The notes: generated from the letters alone by a model not told the origin. A stretch of DNA of 64,000 bases from Octopus vulgaris (GCA_951406725.2 OX597816.1:116932001-116996000); one strand, 5' to 3'; positions 1-13,288 are shown, counted from the stretch's first letter. Made by a program: numbers and translations.

Positions 1-90
1 TTTCGAGCCTACGCTCTTCAAAAGAAATGAACACGAGAAAATAAACAGAGAGGGAATAAAAAAAGCTTTAGTGGCTTATATTAATATATC
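1..90 (-). mobile_element. Penelope pseudo-LTR-like repeat with hammerhead-like core, cut by window edge
   Basis: Minus strand reads TTGAAGA-G-CGTAGGCT-C-GAAA at 1-21; stem III and the cleavage site lie outside the window. Confidence 0.4.
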
Positions 91-97
91 TATATAA

Positions 98-165
98 TAA
101 ACACACCAGCACCGATTGTCACGCGGTGGTGAGGGACAAACATAGACACAAAGACACACATATAA

Positions 166-209
<44 letters not shown>

Positions 210-373
210 GAAAGGCTTCTTTCAGTTTCCGTCTACCAAATCTACTCACAAGGCTTTGATCGGCCCGAGGCTACAGTAGAAGACACTTGTCCAATGTGCC
301 ACACAGTAGAACTAAACTCGGGAACCATGTGGTTGGGAAGGAAGCTTCTTACCACACAGCCACGCTTGTGCCT
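98..373 (-). mobile_element. tRNA-head SINE family A, 5' part with internal microsatellite
   Basis: Reverse complement matches the full copy at 21111-21530 (head ggcgcagg/gtggctgtgtggtaag, body ggcaagtgtcttctactgtagcctcgggccga). Confidence 0.85.
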
Positions 374-454
374 ATTTATATACATACATAAATACATACG
401 TACATAAAAAGGAGTTGCGCACATAAAAATTCAGTAACAAATAATGCTTTCAAC

Positions 455-998
455 AATAGGCACAAGGCCCGCAATTTCAGGGGCATGGATAGTCGTTCAC
501 ATCGACCGCAATGTTTCACTGGTACTTAATTTATCGACCTCGGAGAAATTTGAGCTCAGAACGTAGTGGCAGACGAAATACCTATTTCTTTACTACCCAC
601 AAGGGGCTAGACACAGAGAGGACAAACAAGGACAGACAAACGATTAAGTCGATTATATCGACCCCAGTGCGTAACTGGTACTTATTTAATCGACCCCCGA
701 AAGGATGAAAGGCAAAGTCGACCTCGGCGGAATTTGAACTCAGAACGTAGCGGCAGACGAAATACCAATTTCTTTATTACACACAAGGGGCTAAACACAG
801 AGGGGACAAACAAGGACAGACACGGATTAAGTCGATTACATCGACCCCAGTGCGTAACTGGTACTTATTTAATCGACCCCGAAAGGATGAAAGGCAAAGT
901 CGACCTCGGCGGAATTTGAACTCAGAACGTAGCACCAGACGAAATACCGCTGAGCATCTCGCCCGGCGTGCTAACCTTTTCTGCCAGCTTGCCACCTT
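455..998 (-). mobile_element. SINE family B, head-to-tail tandem of about 3 overlapping copies (about 180-bp period)
   Basis: Repeated gaaaggatgaaaggcaaagtcgacctcggcggaatttgaactcagaacgtag; reverse complement of the copy at 4393-4620. Confidence 0.9.
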
Positions 999-1542
999 AA
1001 ATGCAATTATAAATAATAGTTCATAAGATATCAATCGCTGAGAGCGGGCAAGTTCCTTTTCTATTCGAGGCACAAGGCCCGAAATTTTGGGGGATTTACG
1101 CGTCTACCATGTTAAATAAGGGGACATGATGTATTAGATAACTCTGTCCTATAAACATCTAAAAGACAGGATGGTTACAATTTGCTTGATCAGGTTTAAC
1201 TTCGGGCTAAACTACAACAACAAAAACTAATGCCTACTTCCATTAACTTCATCGTACATAAGTATCTCTTTATCCTGTATTTGTCTTAAGATTTTTCCTT
1301 ATCATTTCCCTTTCTTTTATTCTTTATTTTACTTCTCCCGCCTTTTTTCTTTTCTCTCTTCGATTCTTTCCTACTTTATTTCTGCCTTTCTTTGTTTCTC
1401 TCTTTCTTTCTAATCTAAAATGTGCCTGGCCGAGCTAGAATAATATTCAAACAATGGGAGAAATGAATTCAATTAAAGAAAAGACAATAGCAAAATTTAT
1501 GAGTATTGTCCTCTACCCCAACACCGACAATGCAGGACTTAC

Positions 1543-1563
1543 CTGCAGAGAAATGCCCGCCAT
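1543..1563 (-). CDS. Candidate first coding exon (MAGISLQ) of an unidentified host gene continuing left of the window
   Basis: Minus strand gatATGGCGGGCATTTCTCTGCAG|GTAAGT: consensus donor, purine at -3, G at +4, in-frame TAA five codons upstream, non-repetitive CpG-containing flank. An alternative upstream ATG gives MLLRGERYGGHFSA (phase 1). Confidence 0.4.
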
Positions 1564-1877
1564 ATCTTTCCCCTCTTAATAACATACCAAAATCTTTTCA
1601 ATTATCGGTCAGGATTAACTCAGGCGGCATGCTCCTCCCGACAGTACGCGGTGTTCTTTCACATCAGCAATAATAATCATCACAGTAATTAGAATATATT
1701 GTGCTGTTTCAAATTTCGTTTAGTTAAGGTCGAACGACCATTGCTCACAGCTATGTTATATAATGGTTTGCATCAATATTCACTTATAAATGTGTGTCAG
1801 GGAGTGCAAAAGAGAGAGAGAGAGCGCGGTGAGTGTTTGTGTGAGCGTATAATAATCAAATATTTTTGATACTGGAA

Positions 1878-1888
1878 TGCATACACAC

Positions 1889-1943
<55 letters not shown>

Positions 1944-2080
1944 CACACGCACATATACATATATATGTGTGTGTGTGTTTGTGTATACACACACACACAC
2001 ACATATATACATACATACATACATACATACATACATACATACATACATGCACACATGCACACATACATACATACACACAC
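1878..2080. repeat. Compound microsatellite (TACA)n/(TA)n/(CA)n
   Basis: Directly visible; source of the YIYI/HTYI pseudo-ORFs. Confidence 0.95.
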
Positions 2081-2409
2081 ATCCCCACTCATAATCGTAA
2101 GATTGTTGTTTCGATTCCTAGACCGAATTATGCATTGGTTTTTGAGAAGAACACGTTGCTCCACTTCACTCATCTGACAAAAATGGTTAATCCTATAATA
2201 TATGGAATAATATACACCACAGCATCCGTTCGATGTCCAAGTAAGGACTTTCCATTCTTTTGTATGTGTGTGTGTGTGTGTGTGTAAAAGGATAAAATTA
2301 TTATTATATTGTAAAATAATAATAATAATAATATGAGTGGCTAGCATGCATTAAAAACCGTAGAGATAAAAATTAATATAAAGCTATAATTATATATAAA
2401 AATATATAT

Positions 2410-3340
2410 AATTATAACGTCACTGCGTCCTTCTAAGAGTAGCTTCTTCCGGTGTAAAACCTGCTGTTTCACGTGTTTACTGGTCATCTCGTTTCGGCCA
2501 GTTACTATGTGTCAATCACGGGGACTCAGAGAGTGTAAGCTATGTTGTACAAGCGTTTCTCTCTGTAAACCAATGACGTACAGATACCTCTTTATAGTGA
2601 CCTCATTTGTCATTCCATCAACTGCAATTCCTATGGCGATAGAAGAGTGGTGAACTACGCAGACCTAATCAGTTGGGAATCATGCAGATCTGTTGCAGGA
2701 CTGATCAGTCATCTGATAGATCATGGACAGGAAATCAGAAGTGTCACTGAGGAAGCGCAACGAGGAAGCGCAAAGGCGGCAATCATCTCTAAAGTAGGAA
2801 CAATTACCGCGTGTGGGAGGGGGTCTTCAAATGTTGCACCTTACTATCATCGATAACCTTTTATGGCGGCAGTAAATCTTAAACATAGCTAAGCCCACAT
2901 CAAAGCTAGAAAATTTCTTATCCCTTGCAGTTGCTGACACTCAACTAGGCTCAAGTGCGAACCACACTGGATAGCTAGTCTCATATCTCGGACGTACATA
3001 TACATCCAGAGAAGGGCCACTTGTTTGACTGGAGTTAAATCACTAACAGTTACGCACCAGCCTCTAACCCACAGGCTTCCATTCTCTTCTGGTCATTTCT
3101 GTCGCTACTTGAAAGGCCACTATTCCTCTAAATACGATAGTTACGTGCCTCCATTAAGCAACCCTAAGCCGCGCGTCTCTCCTTCCTCATCTTCCTTGTT
3201 GCATTCAACCACTTCCCCGGCTCTAAACTAACCACTATTCCCAATATTTTTTCCTTAGAACATCACCCTCCCTCACCCTAGCATCTTCTCTCTGCTTATA
3301 TCTTTCCAATAAGTGTGGATCTACAATAATCTATACGGGT
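2410..3340 (+). mobile_element. Highly degenerate jockey/CR1-type LINE, RT and 3' end
   Basis: Peptide remnants SDLICHSINCNSYGD (YADD region), ILNIAKPTSKL, AQVRTTLDS*SHI and IQRRATCLTG...HQPLTHR...FCRYLKGHYSS...VPPL match typical C-terminal motifs (QRRA.RLIG, QPLSHRR, FYRYY.G.CS). Confidence 0.55.
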
Positions 3341-3357
3341 ATATTTAAATGTATCTA

Positions 3358-4022
3358 TACGAGAGTTGGCTAAAATGTTCATAGGCTGAGCTGATACTCT
3401 CAAAGAATGTGGCCAAATAAGGTTTACTTTTGAACATGGTTCCCTTTGTGGTTCACACACTTCTTCATTGGTGTTCCAGTGCTTGGATCCCGTACGTGAA
3501 GAAGCTTTTCGCCAGTTGATCAAAAAAGTCATCAACAACAGATATGACGTCAACATCACTGCGATACTGCTTTCCCAGTCACGTGTTGGAGCCAAATCAG
3601 GGGAATAGGGAAGCTAATCAACCAATTCAAGGCAACAGCAACGCACAGAAGCCATTGAAACCATGGACTTGTGCGCTGGAGCATTGTCCTCATGAAACAA
3701 GATTCCTTTCGTCAGTTATCCAGGGCATTTGGCGTTGATAGCCTTCATAACTGCTTCAGTGAGTTAGCATTGTTCTCTCCACTGATGGCACCCTTTTAAA
3801 GATAGTCAATAAATACAATGCCTTTTGCATCCCAAAACACTGAGGGCATCACCTTCCCTGCAGATGAAACAACCTTGGCTTTCTTTGGAGCAGGTGAGGT
3901 GGGATGTTTCCACTGCATAGACTGTCTCTTTGCCTCAGGCTCAAAGTGATGAACCTAATACTCATACTGGCTTAGGAAACGTCCAAGGAAACCAGATGGA
4001 TTTGCCTCAAACAGTGTTAGAT
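3358..4022 (-). mobile_element. Mariner transposase remnant (catalytic half plus 3' TIR), 5'-truncated
   Basis: Minus-strand translation VHHFEPEAKRQSMQWKHPTSPAPKKAKVVSSAGKVMPSVFWDAKGIVFIDYL...ILFHEDNAPAHKS...PYSPDLAP, with stops and a deletion removing the third Asp; TIR-like tacgagagttggctaaaatgttcataggctga at 3358. Confidence 0.9.
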
Positions 4023-4082
4023 CTCTCTTTCTCTCTCTCACACACACACTCACTCTCTCCCTCTCCCCCTCTCTCTCTCTCT

Positions 4083-4156
<74 letters not shown>
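4022..4156. repeat. (CT)n microsatellite
   Basis: Directly visible. Confidence 0.95.
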
Positions 4157-4159
<3 letters not shown>

Positions 4160-4392
4160 GGCTCAAGGCTACAGACGTGGGCGAGTGCTATTCAGTAGAC
4201 TATATTGACGAGGTATTTTATCTACTCCTGAAGAATGAAAGGCAAATTTGACATCGGCTAGATTCGACCATAAAACATAAATAATCGAAACAAATACCTC
4301 AGGTTTTTGATCCGATTCAGTCAATTCACTGCCATTACACACGCACATACACATACATATAAATACATACATACAAATATGCGTGCATACAT

Positions 4393-4620
4393 CGAGCTGG
4401 CAGAAACGTTAGCACGCCGGGCGAAATGCGTAGCCGTATTTCGTCTGCCGTTACGTCCTGAGTTCAAATTCCGCCGAGGTCGACTTTGCCTTTCATCCTT
4501 TCGGGGTCGATTAAATAAGTACCAGTTACCCACTGGGATCGATGTAATCGACTTAATCCGTTTGTCTGTCCTTGTTTGTCCCCTCTGTGTTTAGCCCCTT
4601 GTGGGTAGTAAAGAAATAAT
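4393..4620 (+). mobile_element. SINE family B, near full length (tRNA-like head plus Meta-domain-like core)
   Basis: gagctggcagaaacgttagcacgccgggcgaaatg...GAGTTCAAATTCC (B box)...gtcgactttgcctttcatcctttcggggtcgattaaataagtaccag, resembling the MetaSINE central domain. Confidence 0.9.
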
Positions 4621-4706
4621 ATATACTTGCAAACATATATATATATATGTATATGTTCTATGTATGCATGTATACCAGCCAGAAGTTATAAAATATAAAT
4701 ATGCAT

Positions 4707-4748
<42 letters not shown>

Positions 4749-4861
4749 TATATATAAAACATACACACAGAAGCATATATACATACATATACGCACAAGT
4801 ATATATGTGTGTCTCTGTCTTTCTGTTTGTGTGTGCTACTTATTATATGTATGTTATAGAC

Positions 4862-4948
<87 letters not shown>

Positions 4949-4950
4949 CA
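4862..4950. repeat. (GATA)n microsatellite
   Basis: Directly visible. Confidence 0.95.
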
Positions 4951-6017
4951 GACAAACAAACACATGCATACATACATACATATATACATACATGGGCGGC
5001 AAGGCAAGCAGGCAGGTAGACGGACAGACAGAAAGACAGGTACACATAATTCATACGTGTATACATGCATGTATATGCATACACGTGCGTGTGTGTGTGT
5101 GTGTGTGCGCGCGCGTTGGTGTATTTATACTTACATTCATATGCCACATTACAATTGGCAGTTGTTTAGTTGGCAATACCATATTTTAATTTATGTAAAA
5201 GAAATGGAAAGAAAGAAAACATAAAGAAAATGCTGACAAATTTTAAATAAATAAAATTTGAAAAAATAGCTAAATTAGAAATGCGATTAATTATTGCAAT
5301 TATAGTTTATAATCTTAGAAGTGTTACAAACATAGCTAATGGTAAAAAAGTGCATTTAAGGCGTTAGCCTCAGATACAAGGTTTTCTCTGTTCATTGTGA
5401 CTGCGCGCTACACAGAACTTTAAAATATAGAAAAAAAAAATGGCGTGTATATATATACATACATACGTGAATACATATTTATACATATACAGGAACACGG
5501 CTACTGTACAAATACACATATACATGCTCCGCAATCAGATATGACACACTCGTGCGTTTGTGAAACACATCTCACATAGATGCAGTTCTATTGCTGAAGG
5601 ACATGTCTTCGAAATTTTAGTTGACATTGTACTGTGAACGCTGTCGTGTCCAGCCCACTCTTTTACTCCGTCCAGCCCTTTGGCACATGTTTTATTTTAT
5701 TTTATTTTTTTTTGTTTTTTACAAGATGAAAAAGAATTAAAACAAGCGATATCGAAGCACAAAAAGATAATTGCAAGTAAGTGTGATTAAACAAGTCTTC
5801 GTAATTTCAAATAAGTAAATGGAACTGAAATATATTATGTCGGCACTGTAATATTGATACATAAATATCCGCGCGCGCGTAAACACACACAACGCATGCA
5901 AACGAATATATGTGTGTGTGTGTGTGTGTGTGTATACATGCATATATATATATATCATGTATGCATATATATATATATATACATACATATATAATACATA
6001 TATATGTATGTATATAT

Positions 6018-6056
<39 letters not shown>

Positions 6057-6058
6057 CA

Positions 6059-6095
<37 letters not shown>

Positions 6096-6129
6096 CAAAG
6101 TGAAGTTGTAAGGTACCGCACGAGTGTAA

Positions 6130-6326
6130 ATATATATGAACGAAGTTTGAAAATGCAATTTTAAAGATATCTATTCACTTGACTAGTTTCTGGGTCTTTG
6201 CTCGTCATCAGTCTGGAGTAGGATGGCCTCCACTAGCAGGCCATGCTACTCCAGACTGATGACGAGCAAAGACTCAGAAACTAGTCAAGTGAATAAACAT
6301 CTTTAAAATTTCATTTTCAAACCTTC

Positions 6327-6338
<12 letters not shown>
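6130..6338. mobile_element. Palindromic head-to-head pair of Penelope pseudo-LTR-like segments, each with a minimal hammerhead motif
   Basis: Arms 6130-6229 and 6238-6338 are reverse complements with about 7 differences and an 8-nt spacer. Right arm reads CTGATGA(6256)-CGAGCAAAGACTCA-GAAA-CTAG-TC then AATAAA. Confidence 0.75.
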
Positions 6339-6381
<43 letters not shown>

Positions 6382-6385
<4 letters not shown>

Positions 6386-6470
6386 CGTAGGCGTTGCTGT
6401 CTGGTAAGAAGCTTGCTACACAACCACATGATTCTGGCTTCAGTCCTACTGCTGCGTGGCACCTTCCTTC
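6382..6470 (+). mobile_element. SINE family A head fragment
   Basis: ggcgtaggcgttgctgtctggtaagaagcttgctacacaaccacatgattctggcttcagtcc. Confidence 0.75.
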
Positions 6471-6825
6471 AAAGCATTTTTTCCTGTGATCTAACGATTC
6501 TACCAGCTCACCGCCTGCAATAAATGCCAAAGATTATATAAATGACCGCAAAAGATGTCTCTTTCATTTTTGTGAAAATCAGCTGGTACATACATGTTAC
6601 ATGTACCCTACAATAATTATGAGGTCTTGATCTTTAGCTATTTATACACTAGTATAAGTACCAAATATGATCCCTGTTAAACACACATATACGTGTATAT
6701 ATATGTCTGTGGGTATTTGTATATGTATTTGTGTATGTGTATACATACATACATACATACATACATACATACATACATACATACATACATACATACATAC
6801 ATACATGCATGCATACATACATACA

Positions 6826-7110
6826 TGAGGTGGGGTGTTCAATTCACCGAGCTGTGTCTTGTGTTCTTGAGCAAGACACTATTTCACGTCGCTCCAATTC
6901 ATTCAGCTGCAGAAGTGGGTTGCGAATTCACTGGTGCCAAGCTGTATCGACCTTTGCCTTTATCCCATGGATAACATCAGTGACATGGAAAGTGGGGTCT
7001 GGTATTCATGGGTGACTGCTGGTCGTCCATAAACAACCTTGCACAGACTTGTGCCTGGGAGAGAGACTTTCTAGGTGCAATCCCATAGTCATTCATGACG
7101 GAAGAGAGTT
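6826..7110 (+). mobile_element. SINE-like repeat with ttgagcaagacact core (CORE/V-type-like)
   Basis: B-box-like gttcaattc followed by gtgttcttgagcaagacactatttcacgtcgctccaattcattcagctg, shared with 17965-18140 and 47750-48010. Confidence 0.55.
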
Positions 7111-7187
7111 CCATGCTGTTGTGCTTCTACCTCCCACCCGAGAATCAAAAGCATGAAACTCGGAGTTGCAAGTTTATCAAGTTTCAG

Positions 7188-7260
<73 letters not shown>

Positions 7261-7297
7261 TCATATATACATAGACACATGTTCATATGTATATATG

Positions 7298-7374
<77 letters not shown>

Positions 7375-7551
7375 CTAAGTATGCATGTATGTCTCTCTGT
7401 ACATATGTATATGCACATATACATATTCATATATATGTCTACATATATGTATATATGTATATGTGTATATAACATATTATATATGTGCGTGTATGTGTGT
7501 GCGTATATGTCTGTGTTATCAGATGAATATTCACCTCAGATACCATACACA

Positions 7552-7614
<63 letters not shown>

Positions 7615-8446
7615 AGCTTCTCAGCTTCTATGAATGAATGTATCTGAACGGATCTGACTGAATCGGAAATATATTTTTCATTTTGATACGAATATGTTTT
7701 GTTTGTTTTTTTTCTTTATTCATATTCATTACATTGTTACAACTGTTATTGTTGCCATTATTGCAGTTGCTGTTGCTGCTGCCGCCACACATCATAAAGC
7801 ATTCATTCATCTAAAAACAACCCCTTAAACACACACACACAAAAAAAGTCCTCAACATACTGATCTTTTTAAAAGGATACCTCTAACGATAATCTTCACG
7901 GCTGTTTATTTGCTTGTGTGGCTGTTGTTTTTTTTTTATCTTTTCTATATAGTTTTATTTTTTTTACTGCTTTATTTACCAATTTTCTTTTCATTTCCTC
8001 TTTATTAAGGATTTTTCTTTTTTTTTATATATTTTTATTAGTTATTTCTGTTTTCTTTTATTCATCTTTATTCCTTTATTTCTTCTTATTCTTATTCTTA
8101 TTCTAATTCCTTTTCTAATAGATCCAACCCTTTCGGCAAAAAAACTCTCATTGTGAAACAAAAGAAAAAGAAAGATAAAAGAAAGAGGGGGAAAGCAGAA
8201 CAAAAGCAAAAAACAATAAAGAAAAGAGACGTATGAAACAAAAACTACAAATCGAAATCAAAATTTTTCCCCTCTTGACCAGCTTCCTCTCTATAACGGA
8301 AATGCACAAGGCTACCTTCCTGTATCTTCCATCCTGTATTCACTTTAAGTATGTTAATTGATATACATGTGTTGGCTGTAAGGTATTTTAACCGAACTGC
8401 TGCGAATAAGCTAAACGTAATGAATAGTCCTGAAGTAGAATTTTTC

Positions 8447-8544
<98 letters not shown>

Positions 8545-8888
8545 ATATATACACATGCATACATATATACTTTTCTTTTCGTCATTTCTAACTTTATTTT
8601 TTGTTATTTTTCTGGGGTTGTTTTCCTGTAATACTTATTTGCCTATACTTTTCCGTGTTTTGTCTTTTTATTTTTCATTGAGGTTTGCTATCTTTTTTAC
8701 ATTTTTTTTTTTGGGGGGGGGTGCTTTTTTCTTTTTTTTTTTTTTTGTCGCTTCACTCACCTTGTTCTTTGTCATTGTGCCAATCGGAATAACTAAATGA
8801 CTTGAAACACTCAGTTTTATCGCTGAAACTAAAGTTTGAACCAGCTAGGAAGCTGATAAGTTATCTACCTTATTATAAAGAAAGGTCA

Positions 8889-9032
<144 letters not shown>

Positions 9033-9419
9033 TTAAAATAATTACAACAACAATAATAATGATAATGTTAACAATAAAATAAATATATAAATTACAGACA
9101 ATTTTACTTAGAGTCCCTGGGTTTTATGGCACTCTAACAGTTGGAATGATGGAAATAATACGAAAACAAGACAAAAATTAAAAGCAATATGTGTTAAGCT
9201 AATAAGAGAAAAACTACCAGATCAATTTTCTCTTTTCCTGATACGTGTGTGTGTGTGTGCGCGCGCGCGCGTGTGTGTGTGTACACACTGCAGTATTGTA
9301 TTATTTATTTTGTTATTTATAATTTTAGTATGTTTCTGATATGTTTTTCCATAGTTACATAAATTCCGATAATTGCATGAACTATTTGGAACAAATGCTT
9401 TTTCCATAAAGATGTCTTT

Positions 9420-9640
9420 CCTCGTATGAACCTCTACAATTAGAATAAGCCAATGATGGAGACTAGATATAACAATCAAGTCTTCCTCAAATCACAACCT
9501 CCCGTCCTTAAAAACGGCAAGACATTTAAAAATGTTGTCACAGATACCCAAAATGGCAAAACGGTCATGGAGGGAGTGCCTTCGGTCAAAGACAGCTTGA
9601 ACATGGCAGCCCTGGAGCTAATCAGCAACTACTACTAGAA
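9420..9640 (+). mobile_element. Old dispersed repeat ending in an (AAC)n-like tail (related copies near 1090-1225, 10320-10470, 63200-63420, and inverted near 22390-22600, 25400-25530, 32730-32900, 37570-37770)
   Basis: Shared cctcaaatcacaacc...cttaaaaa...ggtcatggctggaatgcctt...ggggctaaacaacaac pattern across copies. Confidence 0.55.
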
Positions 9641-10969
9641 TGTGAAGTGAAAGTGGTAGTATAGCTTACCTTTTTTTAGTGGTTATTACCTGCTGAGACT
9701 TGTTACTCCGGAAGCATAAGAAAAGCTATCTTTAAAGCACTGATGGATGCTACGAATTACTACTTCCGGTTCAGATACTTCTTAATAAACCTTCGTCGAA
9801 GGCTGACAGTCAGCCACTTGTGATAAATAAGGGTGTACACTCTTTGTGCTTTGTATACTGAAGTTGAACGTTTTAGCCAGATAAAACGAATGATTCTCGG
9901 CTATTGTACCTCGTTACGACATTGTCAAAGATTAATACGTTTAACTTAAAGATCAAACGTAGGAGCTGTTGCTAAAGTGAATCATTTAACCACTTATATC
10001 CTTACATCGTTATGTAATCATTTTTATAACAAATGTATTATGTCATATGAAAATGATTGCAAACCTCTTTAGCCTGGCGTTTAAACTTTTTTAATACTCC
10101 TGATATTAGAATGTCAGCTACAGGTATTTATGTATTTTAGGTTCCGTAAATGCTTTTAGATAAACGTTTTTTTTATAATAGAATTTGCTGGAATGTTTTT
10201 GTTGATTTAAATAATAGGATTTGCAGGAATCATATTAAGTACATCATATGTCACTTAAAATCTGCGGCGTATCATGCATATCATGCATATCATAGGTTCA
10301 CCATCACTGTCATATGACGTATCATTTACTAGAAATAGCAGGCAAAATTCCATCAAATTACACCCTACTGTCTTAAAAAAAAAGAGAGAGAACGAACACA
10401 TTGGTAAGTCCTAGAATGCGTAAAACGGAGATATGCAAATAGTTCGACAGTATGATTAATGATATGCTGTGATGAAAAAGAGAAGTGTGCAGTTGTAGAA
10501 CATCACTCGTTTCGACGGATTCTATACTGCTTTTCTAAACAAAAATATAGGATGATCTTGAATCAAGATTCACGTAGAACTAAACAACAGCAACAAAAAC
10601 AACTTTCGACCAAGATGAATTTGGCTATTGAAAGCAAAGTAACTTTGCCACAGACACATTACAACATTGGTGATAGAATACGAATAATCAAATCCTTGCT
10701 TGTTTATTCAAATAAAATCTGCTATAAACTCGTTATACATTCTCTAAAATTAAGCATTTTGTGTTCTTAATTAAAGCCTACTGATAAACTTAACTTTTTA
10801 TAAAAGGTCTCACAATTATATTGATGCTTAACATGGGCACAAGACCCGAAATTTGGGTAATGGGTACAGGTGTTCATATCAACGCCATGTGTTGGTTGGA
10901 ACTATTTTATCGCCCACACATGAAGGAAAGCAAAGCAAAGTCAAATTTGACGAGACTTGAAAATGTAAA

Positions 10970-11910
10970 TACGTGATGCATATCCGACGTTTGAGCATAA
11001 AAAAAAAACAATTTTGTACAGTTCACAAATTTTATTTAATCGCCTTCAAAATATTCTCTTTAGGAGTTCATACACTTTTCCCAGCGGTTTTCCCATTGCT
11101 GGTAACATCTCTGGAACGCTTTCTCTGGAATGCTATGGAGCTCCGCTGTCGCTTTTCTCATAATTTCCTCTCGCAACTTTAATCGCATCCCTTTCAGCGT
11201 GGTTTTCAATTTGGGGAAGAGCCGGAAGTCACACGGTGCCAAGCCAGAAGATTAGGAAGCCTGTCGAACAAGCGGTGTGTTGTTCTTGACCAGGGAATTT
11301 GTATTACAGGATGCATTAAAAAAGCATCCGACTTCATCTTTTTTTTTTCCGGGAACACTCTCCGCACGCACAAATCCTACGTTAAAATGGAATGCACTGA
11401 TTCTGTGCTTATTCTCACTTCATGACTAATTTTCTGGATTGTTACATGACGGTCTTTTATGACTATTCACAGAACCTTCTCAATCGCCTCCTTGTTTCGG
11501 CTTGTGGATGACCTGCCTGATGGTACTTCGCTCTCCACTGAGGTGCAACTATGTTTGAAGCGCTTTTACCACTCTTTGATCTGTGCTTTGCCCATGGCGT
11601 TATCGTCAAAGGCCTACTGAATCTTCTGGATAGTTTAGGCTTGAGTTTTACCAAGCTTTTGGCCAAACTTTATGCAATATCTCTGTTCGATGCGTTCTGT
11701 AATCTTGCGTGAAAACGAAAATCCGACTAGCGCGCAATACACGTCTGTACTCAAGGCGTAACAGCCGGGAATTGACAGGCCTACCGGAGTGAAAATTTTC
11801 AGACATACACCGTAAAGATAACATCACCTCCCACCCAAAAGATTTTGCCCACGCAACATAAGTTTTGGCGGAAGAAATAAAGTCGGTTACTTTTTTGAAC
11901 GCACCTCGTA
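10970..11910 (-). mobile_element. Mariner element with internal deletion
   Basis: C-terminus LAPCDFRLFPKLKTTLKG...QRCYQQWENRWEKCMNS (11060-11242); N-terminal HTH QKLGKTQA*TIQKIQ*AFDDNAMGKAQIKEW*KRFK...SGRSSTSR; 5' TIR tacgaggtgcgttcaaaaaagtaaccgact ending at 11910 with TA. Confidence 0.9.
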
Positions 11911-13183
11911 TGGCTAGGTGGTTTTTTCAAAGCGCTATCACTTTTACCAATCTGCATCGAATTACATTTTTAAAAGAATGAGTTTTGTGCTTAAAGCAAA
12001 ATTAAAACTTCTCTATTATCAACAGCTGATCCTGGTAAAACAAAATAATTTCTAACATTGGCGTTATTCCAGAAGCAATCGATGTGATATTCACGGTTGG
12101 AACGTCTTTTGCTTATATATCTACTTGATCTGGTCTGACCTCGAGCAACACAACAAAAGCAACAACTACACAACTTTGTCTTTTGCACTAACTCCCACAT
12201 CATCCTTTATCTATCTTTTATTTCTACTGTGTGCATGTGTGTGCTTTCATCTATTTTTACGTGTCAAATGGTAAATGGGTAATGGTTCTGTTTTTGTTTT
12301 GTTTTTGTTTTTTTTTTTTTGTTTTTTCACTGCAATAGCTTTTCGACCGGTTGGTTAACCTAATCCATCACCTCGTTTAACACCACAACTTAACACATTG
12401 GTAATCTACTTTTAGTGAAGTCCACTTTGTTGTAACTACTTAGACCTGGACTCCAGCCAGCAGATAACTCGATACCTTCATACAATACAATTTACTTCAG
12501 TAACTCTTGAGTTTTGGATTCTTTCTTCTTTCCGTACGCCATTCATGGAAGTTCTACTAAAATTCATACAGACCGTTCCTCTAAGCAATAAAAAAAATTT
12601 AACTAAGACTTAAAAGTATAACTTGTTTGTCAGTCAAGCAGACTGAGAAGAGCAGTGGAATATCTTTAAAAATGAACGAAAACAAAAAGAAAATATGATG
12701 AAAAATAAAATTTCTAAGAATCATTTAACCCCTTGTTTTAAAATTACATAAGTCAATAGAAATTGAATCTGATTACTAATTGTGATTTGCAGTTTTGTTT
12801 ATTGTGTTTCTTTCTTATATTTTATATATTCTTTTTCTCTTTATTTTTCTCTCTGTAATTAACTGGAATTTGCCAGAAGAATTAGAAGAAATACACAGAA
12901 AAGAATCATTCACTTTTGAGTTATATTAATCTTTGAATTACTTTAGTCTTTTAACTTTGTAAGGAGAACGACATTAACAACTGACAATATTATATCTTAA
13001 TCTGTTTAAAATGTTTGTTCGATGCCATGTCTTCAGCTCAGCGCCAATAACTGCTACACCATTATGGTTGTATAATAAAAGCTGCAGCTCTTTACTTTCA
13101 CACTAATCTCATATACATACATGCATACATACATACATACATACACGCATGTCTGTACATATGTATGAATGTTTGTATGTCTG

Positions 13184-13217
<34 letters not shown>

Positions 13218-13253
13218 TGTATGTATGTATGTATGTATGTATGTATGTATGCG

Positions 13254-13288
<35 letters not shown>

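Noticed and set aside
9453-9638. 61-aa ORF MMETRYNNQV... as a host exon
   Set aside because: It lies within an old dispersed repeat whose other copies in the window do not keep the frame.
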